Positions 15,264-27,650 of a DNA stretch of 64,000 bases are shown one piece after another. Each line of letters opens with the position of its first letter. Positions within the stretch are counted from its first letter, which is position 1. The position numbers and the translations under genes are program-made. A model generated the notes under the pieces. The model saw only the letters and a program-made list of their open reading frames with translations. It did not search any database and was not told where the DNA came from. Location: contig CM097885.1 in the NCBI GenBank assembly GCA_044892525.1, positions 139,190,001 through 139,254,000 on the forward strand. Reading direction: 5' to 3'. The stretch comes from Schmidtea polychroa. Taxonomy: Eukaryota.

Positions 15264-15994
15264 CTAGTCACAACTGAATACGATAAGAGTCAATTGTACC
15301 ATTATCATTAAAATTACTTGGCAAAGGAGATTCTCCATACATGATAATAATGCAATCTTTAGATCTTTGCCTGACATATACATTTTTACATGCCCAAACA
15401 TCCTGAAAACAACTTTTTTTAAAATTATATAGAAAGTATTGAAATAGTTTGGTCTTACTTCTGAGCGCAATCAAAGATCGATCCGGATTCCTGTTTCGTA
15501 TACGGTGTTATATAACGTTTTTCAATGACCAATTCATTTCTAATTAAGCTTATTGCTGATTTTATACGTGTCTCACTAAGTTCACAAATTATATGTGCTA
15601 GCGTTAAAGGACTGTTGCATAGAACAGATGTAAGTTTTTCATCATTTGATATATTCCACACAGCACAATTATTAAATTCATTTCTTTCCCATAGAATTTC
15701 TGGGGCGAAACTACCATTTGACCATTTCCATTGTTCATTAATATAAAATCTGTTGATACCTATTGGAGTGACTGCCGAATCATTAAGTTTCATTCTTAAA
15801 CTTTCATATCCTATCGACACAATTTGTCCATCATTTTCATAGCATAGCTCATTAATATAATTTATGGTCACATTACTGTGAAATCCCAAGTCCTTGATGC
15901 ACATTTCCTTATATTTATCAAAACCTAAATCACATTGACTTTTTGTTTGCCACACTTTATAAAATGCAATTAAAAATAAAAAAAATAGAATCAT
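15264..15994 (-). CDS. Secreted C-type lectin domain protein; exon 1 15994-15459, putative 56-nt intron 15458-15403, exon 2 frame uncertain
   Basis: Hydrophobic signal MILFFLFLIAF followed by CTLD motifs C..GF..Y..C, CYENDGQIVSI, PIGI, WKWSNGS, NCAVW, LC, ICE. A GTAAGA donor overlaps the ORF stop, and a TTTTCAG acceptor lies 56 nt downstream. Confidence 0.75.
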
Positions 15995-16192
15995 ATTTTT
16001 GTCAATTATTTTCACAATTATTCGCACGATTTATATTATAAATTCGACCAATCAAAATTAAAGATTCTTTAATTTAATATGATTAATAATTTTATACTTC
16101 TCGGGGGATGATGAAGCAAGTGTCAGAGCTTGGATGGCAGTAGCTGAATTAAAGAAAATGCAGAGGAAACGAATGAAAATCTGGACGTACAC

Positions 16193-16495
16193 TTGGGAAA
16201 TCTCATAACACTGATGGAACTCGTTGGGAAAGAACTAAATGGCTTGGTGAAGCTATTTTTCTTAAATAATTTAACACAGGACATAGCAATCCAAGTAAGT
16301 GCTAGGTTTGATCCCCTTTCAATCTCTTTGGAACAATTGGTAGAAAGAACAAAGTCTCTGTCAACTTTGACGAATCATGCTTGTGCTATTTCTAAAAGTG
16401 GACAAAATGGTCATGTAAGGTCTCAATGCAGGAAATTGAAATACCATAAGTATGGTAATCCTGGGCATTATTCAAGAAATTGTAAAGTCAAGTAA
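16193..16495 (+). pseudogene. Degenerate LTR-retrotransposon gag fragment with twin CCHC knuckles
   Basis: ...SGQNGHVRSQCRKLKYHKYGNPGHYSRNC matches two eroded CX2CX4HX4C motifs. Confidence 0.65.
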
Positions 16496-17711
16496 ACTAT
16501 ATGGTCAATCCGTCATCGTGACTGGATTCGGCTAATGTATGTTCGCGTGCCAATAATACTGTTGACGTCATAGGAGAAGTTTGCCTGATTCATTATCCTG
16601 ACTCAGAGAAAAGACGAACTTTCTGATGAAGTTTCCGCTAGGGGAAACGTTCTGTTGCTAGGTAATGCCTAGAAGACCAAACACGATTATTTCAAGGTAC
16701 CGACTGTATACCCGCGGGCGTGAAGAGCGTTGGTACTGTATACAGCGGCGGAAAGCGCGAGTAGAGATGAGCTAGTTTAATTCGACTGCTCGTGTCGCAC
16801 CTTCCTCAACAAACAGGACTGCCGATAGAAGGGCTTTCGTCTACGAAAATAGAAAATACACTTTGTACGAATAAACTAAAGGTAATTGAAGGATTCGGAT
16901 TTGCGATAAACGAAATACTAGTGGAAACAATACACTTTTTAATTCATTAAAAATATAAAAACTAAACATTTATTTGATTAAAGTTATCATGGGTATTAAT
17001 ACATTCTATTATCATAAAATATCGTCCATAAAAAATTTGGAGTCATCCAAGTCTGCATTACGATGTCTGTATAGCGCTGGGAGTTGCTGCATACTTGGCT
17101 GAGAGACAGTCGTCAGAGCTGGTGGAGGATCAAGGGTGGCTAGTCCGACTAGCCATTGAGCTTTGGCTCGTTGACGGCGCATTCAAGGAACCATCGTGTA
17201 TTGATTTCGTCTCGGATTTGGAGGATCGGCTGCGTTCGACCGACAGAAGACATGGGAGTGTTTACAGGAATTTGTTTTGGCTGTACAGAGAGAGGTTATG
17301 GTACTGGAATGGCACTGACCGAGTGCAAATCTTCGGGTAATTGGTGACTGGGATGGTGTTCATTTTCCATTATGCGTCACAGTTAAGTATTTGGGTCTCT
17401 AGTTCTTTTGTGATATCATTTTCAACAGCAGCTCGTGTTGATGACGAAAGACTAAGCGCTGAACTCAGCTTTCTGTTACGATTTCATCCCGAGCCCGTTC
17501 CAAATACGATGACGTAGATCGTGTACCTTCTCTGGGGCGAGCCAAGTGCCTCCAACCCGATTCAATTGTTTCTATTTTTTTGTTATCCAAACTTTCAGAA
17601 TATTCTGTAAATCGCGCTCAATTTAGTCTACCACTCACTAGAACTAGAGAATGGGTACCGCTACGCGAATTACTTCGTTATATATAAAACAAAAATCTAT
17701 TAAAAATACAT

Positions 17712-17864
17712 TTATGTGAAACAGGATTTTCTGCTATGACTGCAATGAAAACCAAGCATAGAGCTTTGGTGGACATTGAATCAGATCTTCGCCTTAAACT
17801 GACAAACATTGAACCCGATATTTCTTCTTTAGTTAATATTAAACAGGCCCAACCTTCTCACTAA
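17712..17864 (+). pseudogene. hAT Charlie/Buster transposase C-terminal fragment
   Basis: Translates LCETGFSAMTAMKTKHRALVDIESDLRLKLTNIEPDISSLVNIKQAQPSH*, the typical Charlie/Buster C-terminus. Confidence 0.85.
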
Positions 17865-18024
17865 CTATTTATTAAGTCATAATTATATAACTTTTTGTTA
17901 ACGCATTTGAAAAATCTGCCAACTCGAAAATAAAAGAATAATTAATAAAATAAATAATTAATTATATAAAAGATTAAGAATGATTATTGGTCGTATTTAC
18001 ATACGAATGACCATAATCAAATTA

Positions 18025-18602
18025 CCGTATATACTCGTGTATAAGCCGAGAAATTTTGGGCAATTTTTTAAGCTAATTTTTTCCATTCGGCTTATATAGG
18101 GGTAACAAAAACCAATATTTTTTGCAGCTAAAAAAAAAATTTATTTTAATTTAAAAAATCATATTTTCTACAATGAACTTTTTGACAATTAATCTGACCA
18201 TTCCAATTTTTGTAAATTATAATATATTTGTAATTATAATATATTTTCCTTTTGTAAATTATAATATTTATTGTTTGCAAAAAACTTTGGTGCAAACACT
18301 CGGTATTTCAAAATAATTATTAAAATGTGCATTAAATTATTATTTTTGAATTATTTACATATACTTTGAAATAAAAATTTTCCCAAAAAACAATTTTTTG
18401 TCTAACATGTTGCTCAATTGTGAATTTCTCAAATTGTGCACATGTCAAAAACAAGATTTTGTGATTATTTAAATAATTCTTCAGATTTTAGCGTTTTTAT
18501 TTACCTCGGCTTATATACGGGTACTTGATTTTGGACAAAAAATTGATTATAAAAACTCACTTCGGCTTATATACGGATCGGCTTATACACGAGTATATAC
18601 GG
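18025..18602. mobile_element. Tc1/mariner-superfamily (pogo-like) MITE, 578 bp
   Basis: Perfect 25-bp TIR CCGTATATACTCGTGTATAAGCCGA, TA on both sides, and internal TCGGCTTATATA repeats. Confidence 0.92.
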
Positions 18603-20566
18603 TAATTAGAGATGTTATGGCTCGTATTTACATACGAAGGAGCTATGGCAAAGAGTGCAAAATTTAAGAAAAAAAACAGGAATAATTTATTCAATAAAAA
18701 TTTCCATTAAAATTGATAAAGAAATAATAAAATGAAATAAAAAAAATAAAATTATTAATTTATTTGATTGTTTAGATCAATCGATTATATGTGAAATGCG
18801 TGTATGGGTCGTACAGTAAATCAAAATCACACGCATTCCGATTTGATATAATGGCAGCAAACACTTGGGCGGACAACTACAATCAATTTATATATACCGA
18901 TTGAAATTTTATTTAAAAAAACACTTTTTGCTAACTCGCTCTTAGTTTTTATTTCATATGAATGTTATGCAGTTGTGGTAAGTTTGTTTTGTGTAAATTA
19001 ATTTTTAAGTTAAATAAATTTTATTGTTCGACTTAATATTTTTTGTTCTTTTTATTATGCATATCTTTAAAATTTAACCATGTTTTCAGAGACAGTAAAA
19101 AATATAACAACCATTTGATGGGAAGAGGAACCTGTGGGAGCCTTGATGGTTCCTCGTTCGGGTTCGAAGCTTGCCAAGTGTGGCATAATAATAACAATTT
19201 GGTAGACTCATCTACTATTAGTCTAGTGGCGAAAGCGCGCGGGCCCATGTGATAAATAAAGTCGCCAAATGATAATAATAGTATGGTCCTGAAGTTTGTA
19301 AGGATCGGAATCCGGATGGAGCAGATACGAAGGTTCTATTCAGCTGCGTAATGACCAGTGCAAATGAACAACCCGTATGCGTAAAAAACGTGGTCGACCA
19401 GGCGGAAGAAACTACATTTACGACCCCTCTAGAACATTCCCATTTTAGTTAGTGGTAGAATGAATTAAAATCGCGCAGTAATACAATATTCGAAACTAAG
19501 ATAAAGGAAATCTGTCTCTGGAGGTAATATTTAGATCTCACATAGGTCAGAGTCAAAAATATAGACAGAGCCCTGCTGAAATACTTTAAAGATCATGCTG
19601 AATAACATCAATTATTATAGAAAATTTATTACAACATTTATGAACTGGGAAATAAGGGCGGATACCTGCGCAAATTTTCGAAAGTAAGATTGAATAACCT
19701 CCAGTAATGAAGAACATAACTAATTGAATAAGGAAGGACAATAATCTAAGCAAGGGATATAAAATGAAAAGTGACGTAGGACCTTCTATCTGCAGTCCAG
19801 AACTCGGAAATGAAAATCTAATGAGAAATAGTATTAGTAGTATAGCTCACCGGTTCATAAATCTTCAGCTACTGTGTGCATTACCAACATGGTTATTGCC
19901 ATGGGTAAGAAGATGGTATAAAGTAAAATAGTCATGAAGGCGTTTAGGAAAAAGTCGATGCCAAATCCATAGGTAACCCTAGAACATTTAAATGGCACTA
20001 CCCCTATGCTCCAACACTACAAATCCTTAGCCAAAGTTTACTGAACGTAAACTTTCTTTAAACGAATAATACTCATAATAAAAACTTTAATTTTTATTCA
20101 TTGACTAAAATTTCACATACGTTTACTTAATTATATTTATTGTATAAATGCATTTTTTTTAAACGCCTAATCACCCGAACGATTCAGGTAGTTTATCAAA
20201 ATATATATTCATTTTTCTTTTAAATAATATTTTAAATAATATTTTTATAATTTCTTTTAAAATTCAGAAAATAAAATTCATTTCATTTCATTTAAAATTA
20301 AATTTAAATTTAATTCCAAATAATGTATTAGATTTGACTTCTGTGTCATTTAATATTCCTAGTAACACATTAAAACTAAACACGCTGCAATATTTGTTTG
20401 TATAAAACAATTACACAGTACTTTCAAGGTTGGGAAAATTTATTTTAAATAAAACTCTCAAAATAAATCATTTTTAAATTTTGTTTTTTAATTGTCTTTT
20501 GAATTTATTTGCTAATAAAACTATAATTAATTAAATAATTAAATTTTAATGGGATCTGATTTTTAG

Positions 20567-21090
20567 ATGCAATTTATGCTGTTATTTAGTCGACAAGGTA
20601 AACTACGACTGCAAAAATGGTATACATCATATTCAGATAAAGTTAAAAAGAAAATTGCTAGAGACTTAATAACACAAATTCTTGCTAGAAAACCGAAAAT
20701 GTGTTCATTTCTAGAATGGAAAGATATGAAAATCGTATTTAAAAGGTATTAAATTACATAAAATTCCATTCTCGTGTTTAATATGTTTTGAAAAAAGGTA
20801 TGCAAGTCTTTATTTTTGTTGCGCTGTTGATAGAACAGAAAACGAACTAATAACATTGGAAGTTATACATAGATATGTAGAATTATTGGATAAATATTTT
20901 GGAAGTGTAAATGATTATTATTAATTATTTATAAATTAAGAAAATAATTTAGGTTTGTGAGTTAGATATAATTTTCAACTTTGAAAAAGCATATTTCATT
21001 CTGGATGAGTTTCTTATTGGTGGCCAAGTTCAAGAAACGAACAAAAAAATGGTTCTCAAAGCTATTTCAGCCCAAGATATGATACAAGAG
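20567..21090 (+). CDS. AP1S: AP-1 adaptor complex sigma subunit; exons 20567-20745, 20798-20906, 20953-21090; terminal exon not located
   Basis: Spliced product [19 protein letters not shown]...[16 protein letters not shown]...[37 protein letters not shown]...QE is clearly sigma-1 adaptin. Introns are GT-AG, 52 and 46 nt. Confidence 0.96.
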
Positions 21091-21549
21091 GTATTTAAAA
21101 CTAAATATCAAAAAGCAATAATGCTTAAAAATATATTCTTACATTATACAAATAAATATAAATTTAACAAAAATGTTCTGGAAATAATTTACATGTATAA
21201 CATGGATCTCATTGCAAGGACCGCACACAGCACACAGGATATGCCAATCACACACGCATACACTGACTCGTGTGTTTGTTTGTATTTTAATGCAATGTTG
21301 GCAATTGTGATTGATTTGATTTGTCAATCTTCAATTTGTCATTATTAAAATTTAACTTCGAAATTCCCCCGTTGCGATTAGTTATTGAGAAGTCTTGTTT
21401 AGCATTTCTAATTTATTAAATATTAAGTGTTAAAAATTTTTGATTTTTAATTATTTTTATATTTTATTGAAATTTATTATTTAATTTTTTTTAATAATAA
21501 TAATTATTATTTTAATTACTTTAATTCTTAATTAATATTTATTATTTTT

Positions 21550-21769
21550 ATATTTTATCACTATTCTTTATAAAATAATTATTATTAATTATATTATTAT
21601 TATTAATTGTTAAATAATTTTGACTTTTGATTATTTTAATTAATTTATGTTTTTTAATTATTTTTTTATTTTATTATTTTTAAAATTATTATTAATTATT
21701 ATTAAATATTATTTTTGATTTTTATCACTATTCTTTTTATATTAATATTATTATTAATTATATTCTTAT
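21550..21769. repeat. ~166-bp AT-rich tandem repeat interrupted by the Gypsy insertion (continues at ~25914-25975)
   Basis: TTTTATCACTATTCTTTT occurs at ~21554 and ~21720. ATTATTAATTGTTAAATAATTT(T/C)GACTT occurs at ~21599 and again just after the 3' LTR. Confidence 0.7.
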
Positions 21770-24700
21770 TATAAGTAATCTAATAATTAAATTACCTAAT
21801 TAATAATTATTGTGAATGGTTTGATGCGCGTGTATATTATAATAATTATTGTATGACTGAAACATCTCTCATATTTCATGTTAATATTTGCATACTAGCC
21901 TTCGATCCTAAAAAGATAAATACTTGAACTGTTATGCCGTAAAATAGATATTAGAAAATTCTAGACTTTGAATTATTTAACATGGCGACCACAAACAGGT
22001 TAGGAATATCCCAATTGTTGCAAAATATTCCTCAACCAAAAACGTACTCAATTGGCGAAGATCTTTGAGAATTTATCATGTCAATAAAAAACTAGTTTGA
22101 TGTGATGAAACTAGATGAACAACAAAGAAATGTTGTTTGAGCATTTCATGTTCATTAATATATTCTAGACGAGAAAGAAAAGGTGAAATAAGATGAAAAA
22201 TATGATTTGAAAACAATTTGGAAAAAATATATAGAAAGGTCTTTGAAGCACAAGATTAAGCGGAAGATTTAAAAAAACGCTTTCAGCTATAGAAAAACCA
22301 ATTTTAGCTGTCGTCGACTACATCATTACTATAAAAAAAGCTTGAGTATGTAATGCGGCACATTGGATTGTGAAGAAAAGAAACTCAGCGTTAAGAAATT
22401 ACAGAGGAATTAATTAAAGCGAAACTTTACAAAGAAGAAAGGAAAGTTGACAATGAAGAAGAACAGAGAGGTCCAACGCGAAGTAAATACGTAAAATGTA
22501 TTTTGAATGAAGTGAATGAAAATGTAGCTGTAATGAATAAAAGGACTTATGCGAAGGTGGTTCATAATAATTACAACCCAATGAAGACTAAACCTTTTAT
22601 AAGGATAATAATTTCCAAAATAAAAAATGAAATTTTCGATAGATCTAATCGATTTCAATGCCAAATTCAATGTTGCAAAGAAGAAACTCATATCAGACAA
22701 AAATGGCAAGATATTAAATCTTGCAATTGCAATGGAAACGCACATTTACAATCTCACTGTTTTGACAGACATGCTAGACGAAACGAATTAAATTGATTTC
22801 AAAGACCCAACAATAACATACATTGTCAATTTTAGAAATTTCAATAAAGAAAGAAATTTTAGAAATTATGGAAATTCTAATAATAAGAAAAGTAATGAAA
22901 ACCTTTGGGAAATCAACACAATGATTGAAATTACAAACAGCGTGTCACAGCTTTGGATGATAAGAATTTACTAATGGAGGATCGATTTAATGACGAGTTA
23001 GAAAACTATCAAGCTCCAATCAAAGGGGACGTGTTAGGAGCTCTCAATATAAAAATAAAATGAATATAAAAATAATTTTAAGGATTTTAAGGATAAATAT
23101 TTAAATTTAATTAACTATGGTAATTAATTAATGATGGTAGACCATTTATCAAGATTAAAATGAATAATATAGAATTCAATTGCTTCTTAAATGCAGGAGC
23201 TAAAATTAGTGTTTTAAGTAAAAGAGTACTTGAATAAAAAATAATATCAAGAGTGAACATTATAAAAAGATAAGTTGTGCTAATGGGAGCGAATCAAATA
23301 TAATTGGTTATGGAAATATTGAAATTAATTATGAAAAATTGATTATAATTACAAATTCTTACACTTTAAATGAAATTTACCCTGAAATTATTTTAGTCAT
23401 TGATATATTAAACGACATGAAAATCAGATTAATGGAATTACATAATTATAATAATGTGGGAACATTACAAATGAATGTTTACTAAGCTTGGAAAGGGATT
23501 TTGGAAATAAAAGAATTAATATAAATGAATTTGAAAAATTGATTAAAATGAAAGGTATTTTGCCGTTACATGAGTTAATAGATAATAAGGAGCTTTTCAG
23601 ATATATTTATGTGGAGAAAATGGGATATAGTATTTTAATTCCATTGATTTAGTAAACGCGTACTATCAAGTTGGACTTGGAGAAGAATCAAAAGAAAAAA
23701 CAAGTTTTTCAACAAAATATGGACAGTATTGTTTTAATAGAATACCATTTGGCATAGCTGCAGCTCCATCAACATTTCAAAAACTCATGTACAGGTATAT
23801 CATAGTTGGAGTTATGATGTGGAAAGAAGCACTGATATATTTACATGATATTCTAATTTTTTCCAAGACGAAACATAAGAAACGTATTGAAACTTTTTTT
23901 AAAATAATTTGGGATTCAGGGTTGAAAATCAATTTCGATAAATATAAATTTTTAGTAACAGAATTAAAATTTCTCGGATACTTGAACAATACAGGTATTG
24001 AAACTGACCCTGAAAAAATTAGTACTATGATTAATTTTAGAAAACCTCATTGTGTAAAACACATCCGTAGTTCTTTAGGATTAACCAAATAATACCGGAA
24101 ATTTATTAAAAACTATTCAAGTATATCTCGACCTTTAGAAAAATTAATTATGTCTACTATATATAAGATTCGATGGTCTGATGAGTGTGAAAACGTTTTT
24201 CACAAACTTAAATATCAGATGGTAAACCCACCAATGTTAGAATATCCGGATTTTTGAAAAGAACTCATCCTTGATTCGATATCATAGGTGCCGTAATATA
24301 ACAAAGAAATAGTTTCAATAACGAAAACGTTATAACTTATGGTTCTAAGAGTTTGAATACTCTCGAGATTGGTTATTGTATATCAAGAAAAGAATCGTTA
24401 TCTGTATTTCACTTTACACAACATGTCAACCACTACAATTATGGAAGAAAACTCACACTACGCACTGATCACAAAGCTATAACATTTATGATGACAACAA
24501 AGAAACCGATAACAGCCAAATTTCAATATTGGATCAACTTTGTGAGTAGTTTGAATATGAAACTAGAATATCGCAAAGGTGAATTACATTCCAATGGCGA
24601 TGCATTATTTAGAATGGATAATAGACCGTGCTCATAGTGTAACCTCAATCATCCAGATGCAAAACTGACGAAAATGAGTGGCAAAATAAGGAAGAAGAAA

Positions 24701-25913
24701 TCGAAAATATTAAAAATACAATACTATCGGGGGAACCAACCAAATATCTGCTAAGTGACAATTTGATTAAATAAAAAAATAAAATCTATATTCCGAAAGG
24801 AAAGAGTAAAACTTTTATAGAAGTAATTCAGAAAGACCTTTGTTACATAGGTATTGAAAAGACTAAAGTGTACATTAGAAATATATTTTTGGTTTCGTTA
24901 GTAGATGAAATCACTAAGATTGTGAAATTTGTCAAAAAGGAAAGGTTTTAACGTCAAAAATGCATGAAATAGTTTACATATTATCGTCATAGGAACCATT
25001 TGAAAGGGTTTTCATTGAGTTTTGTGGTCAACTTAAAATAACGTTTAATGGAAAAAGTATGTAATGGCCATTGATAATTATGGTCAAATATGCTGTTTTA
25101 GAGGCTGTTAAAGCCCAGTATGAGAGGACGGTATGTAACATAATCTACGTAGGAATTTAAATTACCGGCAACTGAACATAATATCAATTTAAATTTCTCG
25201 AGCCCATATCATCACCAGACAAATGGCCAGGTGGATAGACAATTTCAAAAAATTCGAGATTGGATACAGTGTTGTATTAATGCCAAGTTGTTAGAGAAGA
25301 TACACTACCACAAACAAAATATACATTAAATGCCACGGTTCAGAAAATTACTAAACATTTCCCAGCAGAATTTATATTTGGCAAACACATAGACAAACGT
25401 TGTTTCGTACAACGAGACATAACACAAAATAAAAACACCGAAATATATCGAAAATATCAATAGGAAGCAACAGCGAGTAATGTAAGAAATTAAAGAGCGT
25501 AATAACACCAACCGTTACGAAATTCATGAAATAATTCATAGAACTTTCAAAATTGGAGATAAAGTATTAGTTTAAATAGATTTACGAAATAAAGATGATA
25601 ATCGATACAGGGGTCTCATGGAAATAATAATGAAAATACATGAAAACTGTTATGAAATGTTGGATAATTCAAGTTTGGAATATTAAATGGTTAAAGCCTT
25701 GTAAAGCGGGGGGATATAAATTATCTAATAATTTAATTACCTAATTAATAATTATCGTGAACGATTTGATGCGTGTGTGAATGATATTGTATGTCTGAAA
25801 CATGTCTCATATTTCATGTTCATTATTACACAATAATCTTCGGTCATAATTATTATATTTGAACTATTGTCATAAAATAGATTTTAGAATTTACCAGACT
25901 TTGAATAATTAAT
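21770..25913 (+). mobile_element. Ty3/Gypsy LTR retrotransposon, complete but heavily decayed (5' LTR 21770-21982, 3' LTR 25715-~25913)
   Basis: Alignable ~200-bp LTR pair, PBS TGGCGACCAC at 21983 and PPT AAAGCGGGGGGA at 25703-25714. Internal order: gag knuckle remnants, protease (FLNAGAKISV), RT (IDLVNAYYQV, PFGIAAAPSTFQ, YLHD), RNase H (LRTDHKAI), integrase (SPYHHQTNGQV). Confidence 0.93.
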
Positions 25914-27412
25914 TATTAATTGTTAAATAATTTCGACTTATGATTATTGTAATTAATTTATATATTTTTTAATATTTTAATATTTTATTAATTTTATTAA
26001 TTTTATTTATTTTGTTTTATTTTTTTTTATAATAATTAATATTTTTACAATTATTTATTATTTGTAAAATTATTATCATTATTTTTTATTTTTATTATTA
26101 ATTGTATTTTTAATCATTATACTAATAGGATGAATTAGCCTGCACTATGTTTCATGATACTAGCATAGGATAGTGAGTTATTATTTAATAATATCTTTGG
26201 TGAAGGGTTTTAATATTAGTTATTGTGAGTTTTGGTAGTTACAATAATAATATATTAATATACCGCAAGTATTGTCCAAAAAATAATTATTTTCAAACAA
26301 TGTATTTATTTTTGGTTTTGATAAAATTCGACTGTTGAGTAAATTTTTTATTGATATAATTTTTAATCATATATTTTAATTCTAAAATCAGTTTTAGAGA
26401 TTATTTGAGTCATTTTATTAATGAGTTAATTAACTAATTAATGAGCTAATTAATTAATTTGTTTGAATAAAAATAGGACATGATATAAAAAGATTCTGTG
26501 AAGAAAATGACAAAATATCAGTAGATAGTTTTAGTTGGGAATTTAATATTTCTTCAGTTACATAAATATCAATCTAAATGCCATAATGGTGTTTAATAAA
26601 TGTTATATATTTTAATAAAAATATAGCCATGAAGAATCTTTATAAGGAATTCCTGGATTTCTGTAAGGAACATTAATTTTTACTAGAACTTTTTTACCAA
26701 GTCTTTTAACTGTAAGAAATAATTTGTTTTTGATTTTGATCTTTTCCCGCTAGTTTCTTTTGATCTTTGTATGTTCAATATTTTAGTTATAGAATCGTCA
26801 CTTTAGTTTTTTTTAAGTGAATGATGACTAATTTATTATTTTATATGTCAATCGATTATTTTAAGCATTTTATTTTTTATTTTATTTTATTGAAAAGTTT
26901 TAAGCTTTTTAATGAGATTATTTTTATTTATTTTTTCTAGTGAACATTTCTTTACAAAAATTGAAATATTAATTAAAAATATTTTAAATAAACATTTAAT
27001 AATCAATTTATTTAAATAAAAATAATTAAATATATGACTTTAATTAAAAAATTTTAAATTAAAAATGACATCTTTTTCATTAGATCTAATTTTTTTGTTC
27101 TTGGGTCAGGACATGTAATTTTCTGTGGAGAATAGGACCAGTTTGAAAACTATAAATGTATTACATACAATATACACCAACTTCATAAACGAAACACTTT
27201 GGCACACAGTAATACACATATTAAATCAAAGCTTCACTTGATTAAATAACCATATATCTAATAAAATCAAAACCTTCATCTTGACTGGCAAACGCTTTTG
27301 TATTACTTAAGATATTATTTACAGACCCACTGGCCTAAGACACGAAGCAACTTACATATGAAAGCACAATTAACTTGCATCATTCGACTTGAGTAACACT
27401 TAAAACATTATA

Positions 27413-27650
27413 TAAAACAATAAAGTGATAATTTAAGCCTTTTGCTGTGAATAATGTATTTAATGAAAAAATTTTCGACTATAAGATAGTCCTTGTCAAA
27501 TAGATTGTCAAATAGACTGAAATCGAAAAAATTAAACTTTATAAAAATTGTGTATGATTTGAATTTATTGATCTAGTTTTATCAAAATTAAGAGTGAATT
27601 TTATATTAAAGAAATTTATATTAAATTTTCTAGAATTTTGGACTGCTTAA
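27413..27650 (-). mobile_element. Penelope-like element 3'/pLTR relic carrying a variant hammerhead motif
   Basis: Shares ~85 bp with the copies at 39332 and 41884. The minus strand contains UUGACAA-G-GACUA(UCUUA)UAGUC-GAAA. Upstream frameshifted KILENL/INFFNIKFTLNFDK weakly resembles a PLE GIY-YIG C-terminal tail. Confidence 0.5.
27456..27506 (-). ncRNA. Putative minimal type-I hammerhead ribozyme, U3:A8 core variant
   Basis: Core UUGACAA (27499-27493), 5-bp stem II, GAAA (27476-27473), 2-bp stem III, UUC triplet with predicted cut at 27465/27464. Stem I is weak. Confidence 0.5.

Noticed and set aside
16612-16665. Hammerhead at CTGATGA AGTTTCC GCTAGG GGAAAC GTT
   Set aside because: GAAAC is consumed by the GTTTCC/GGAAAC stem, there is no G10.1-C11.1 closure and no stem I. 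At best a broken relic.
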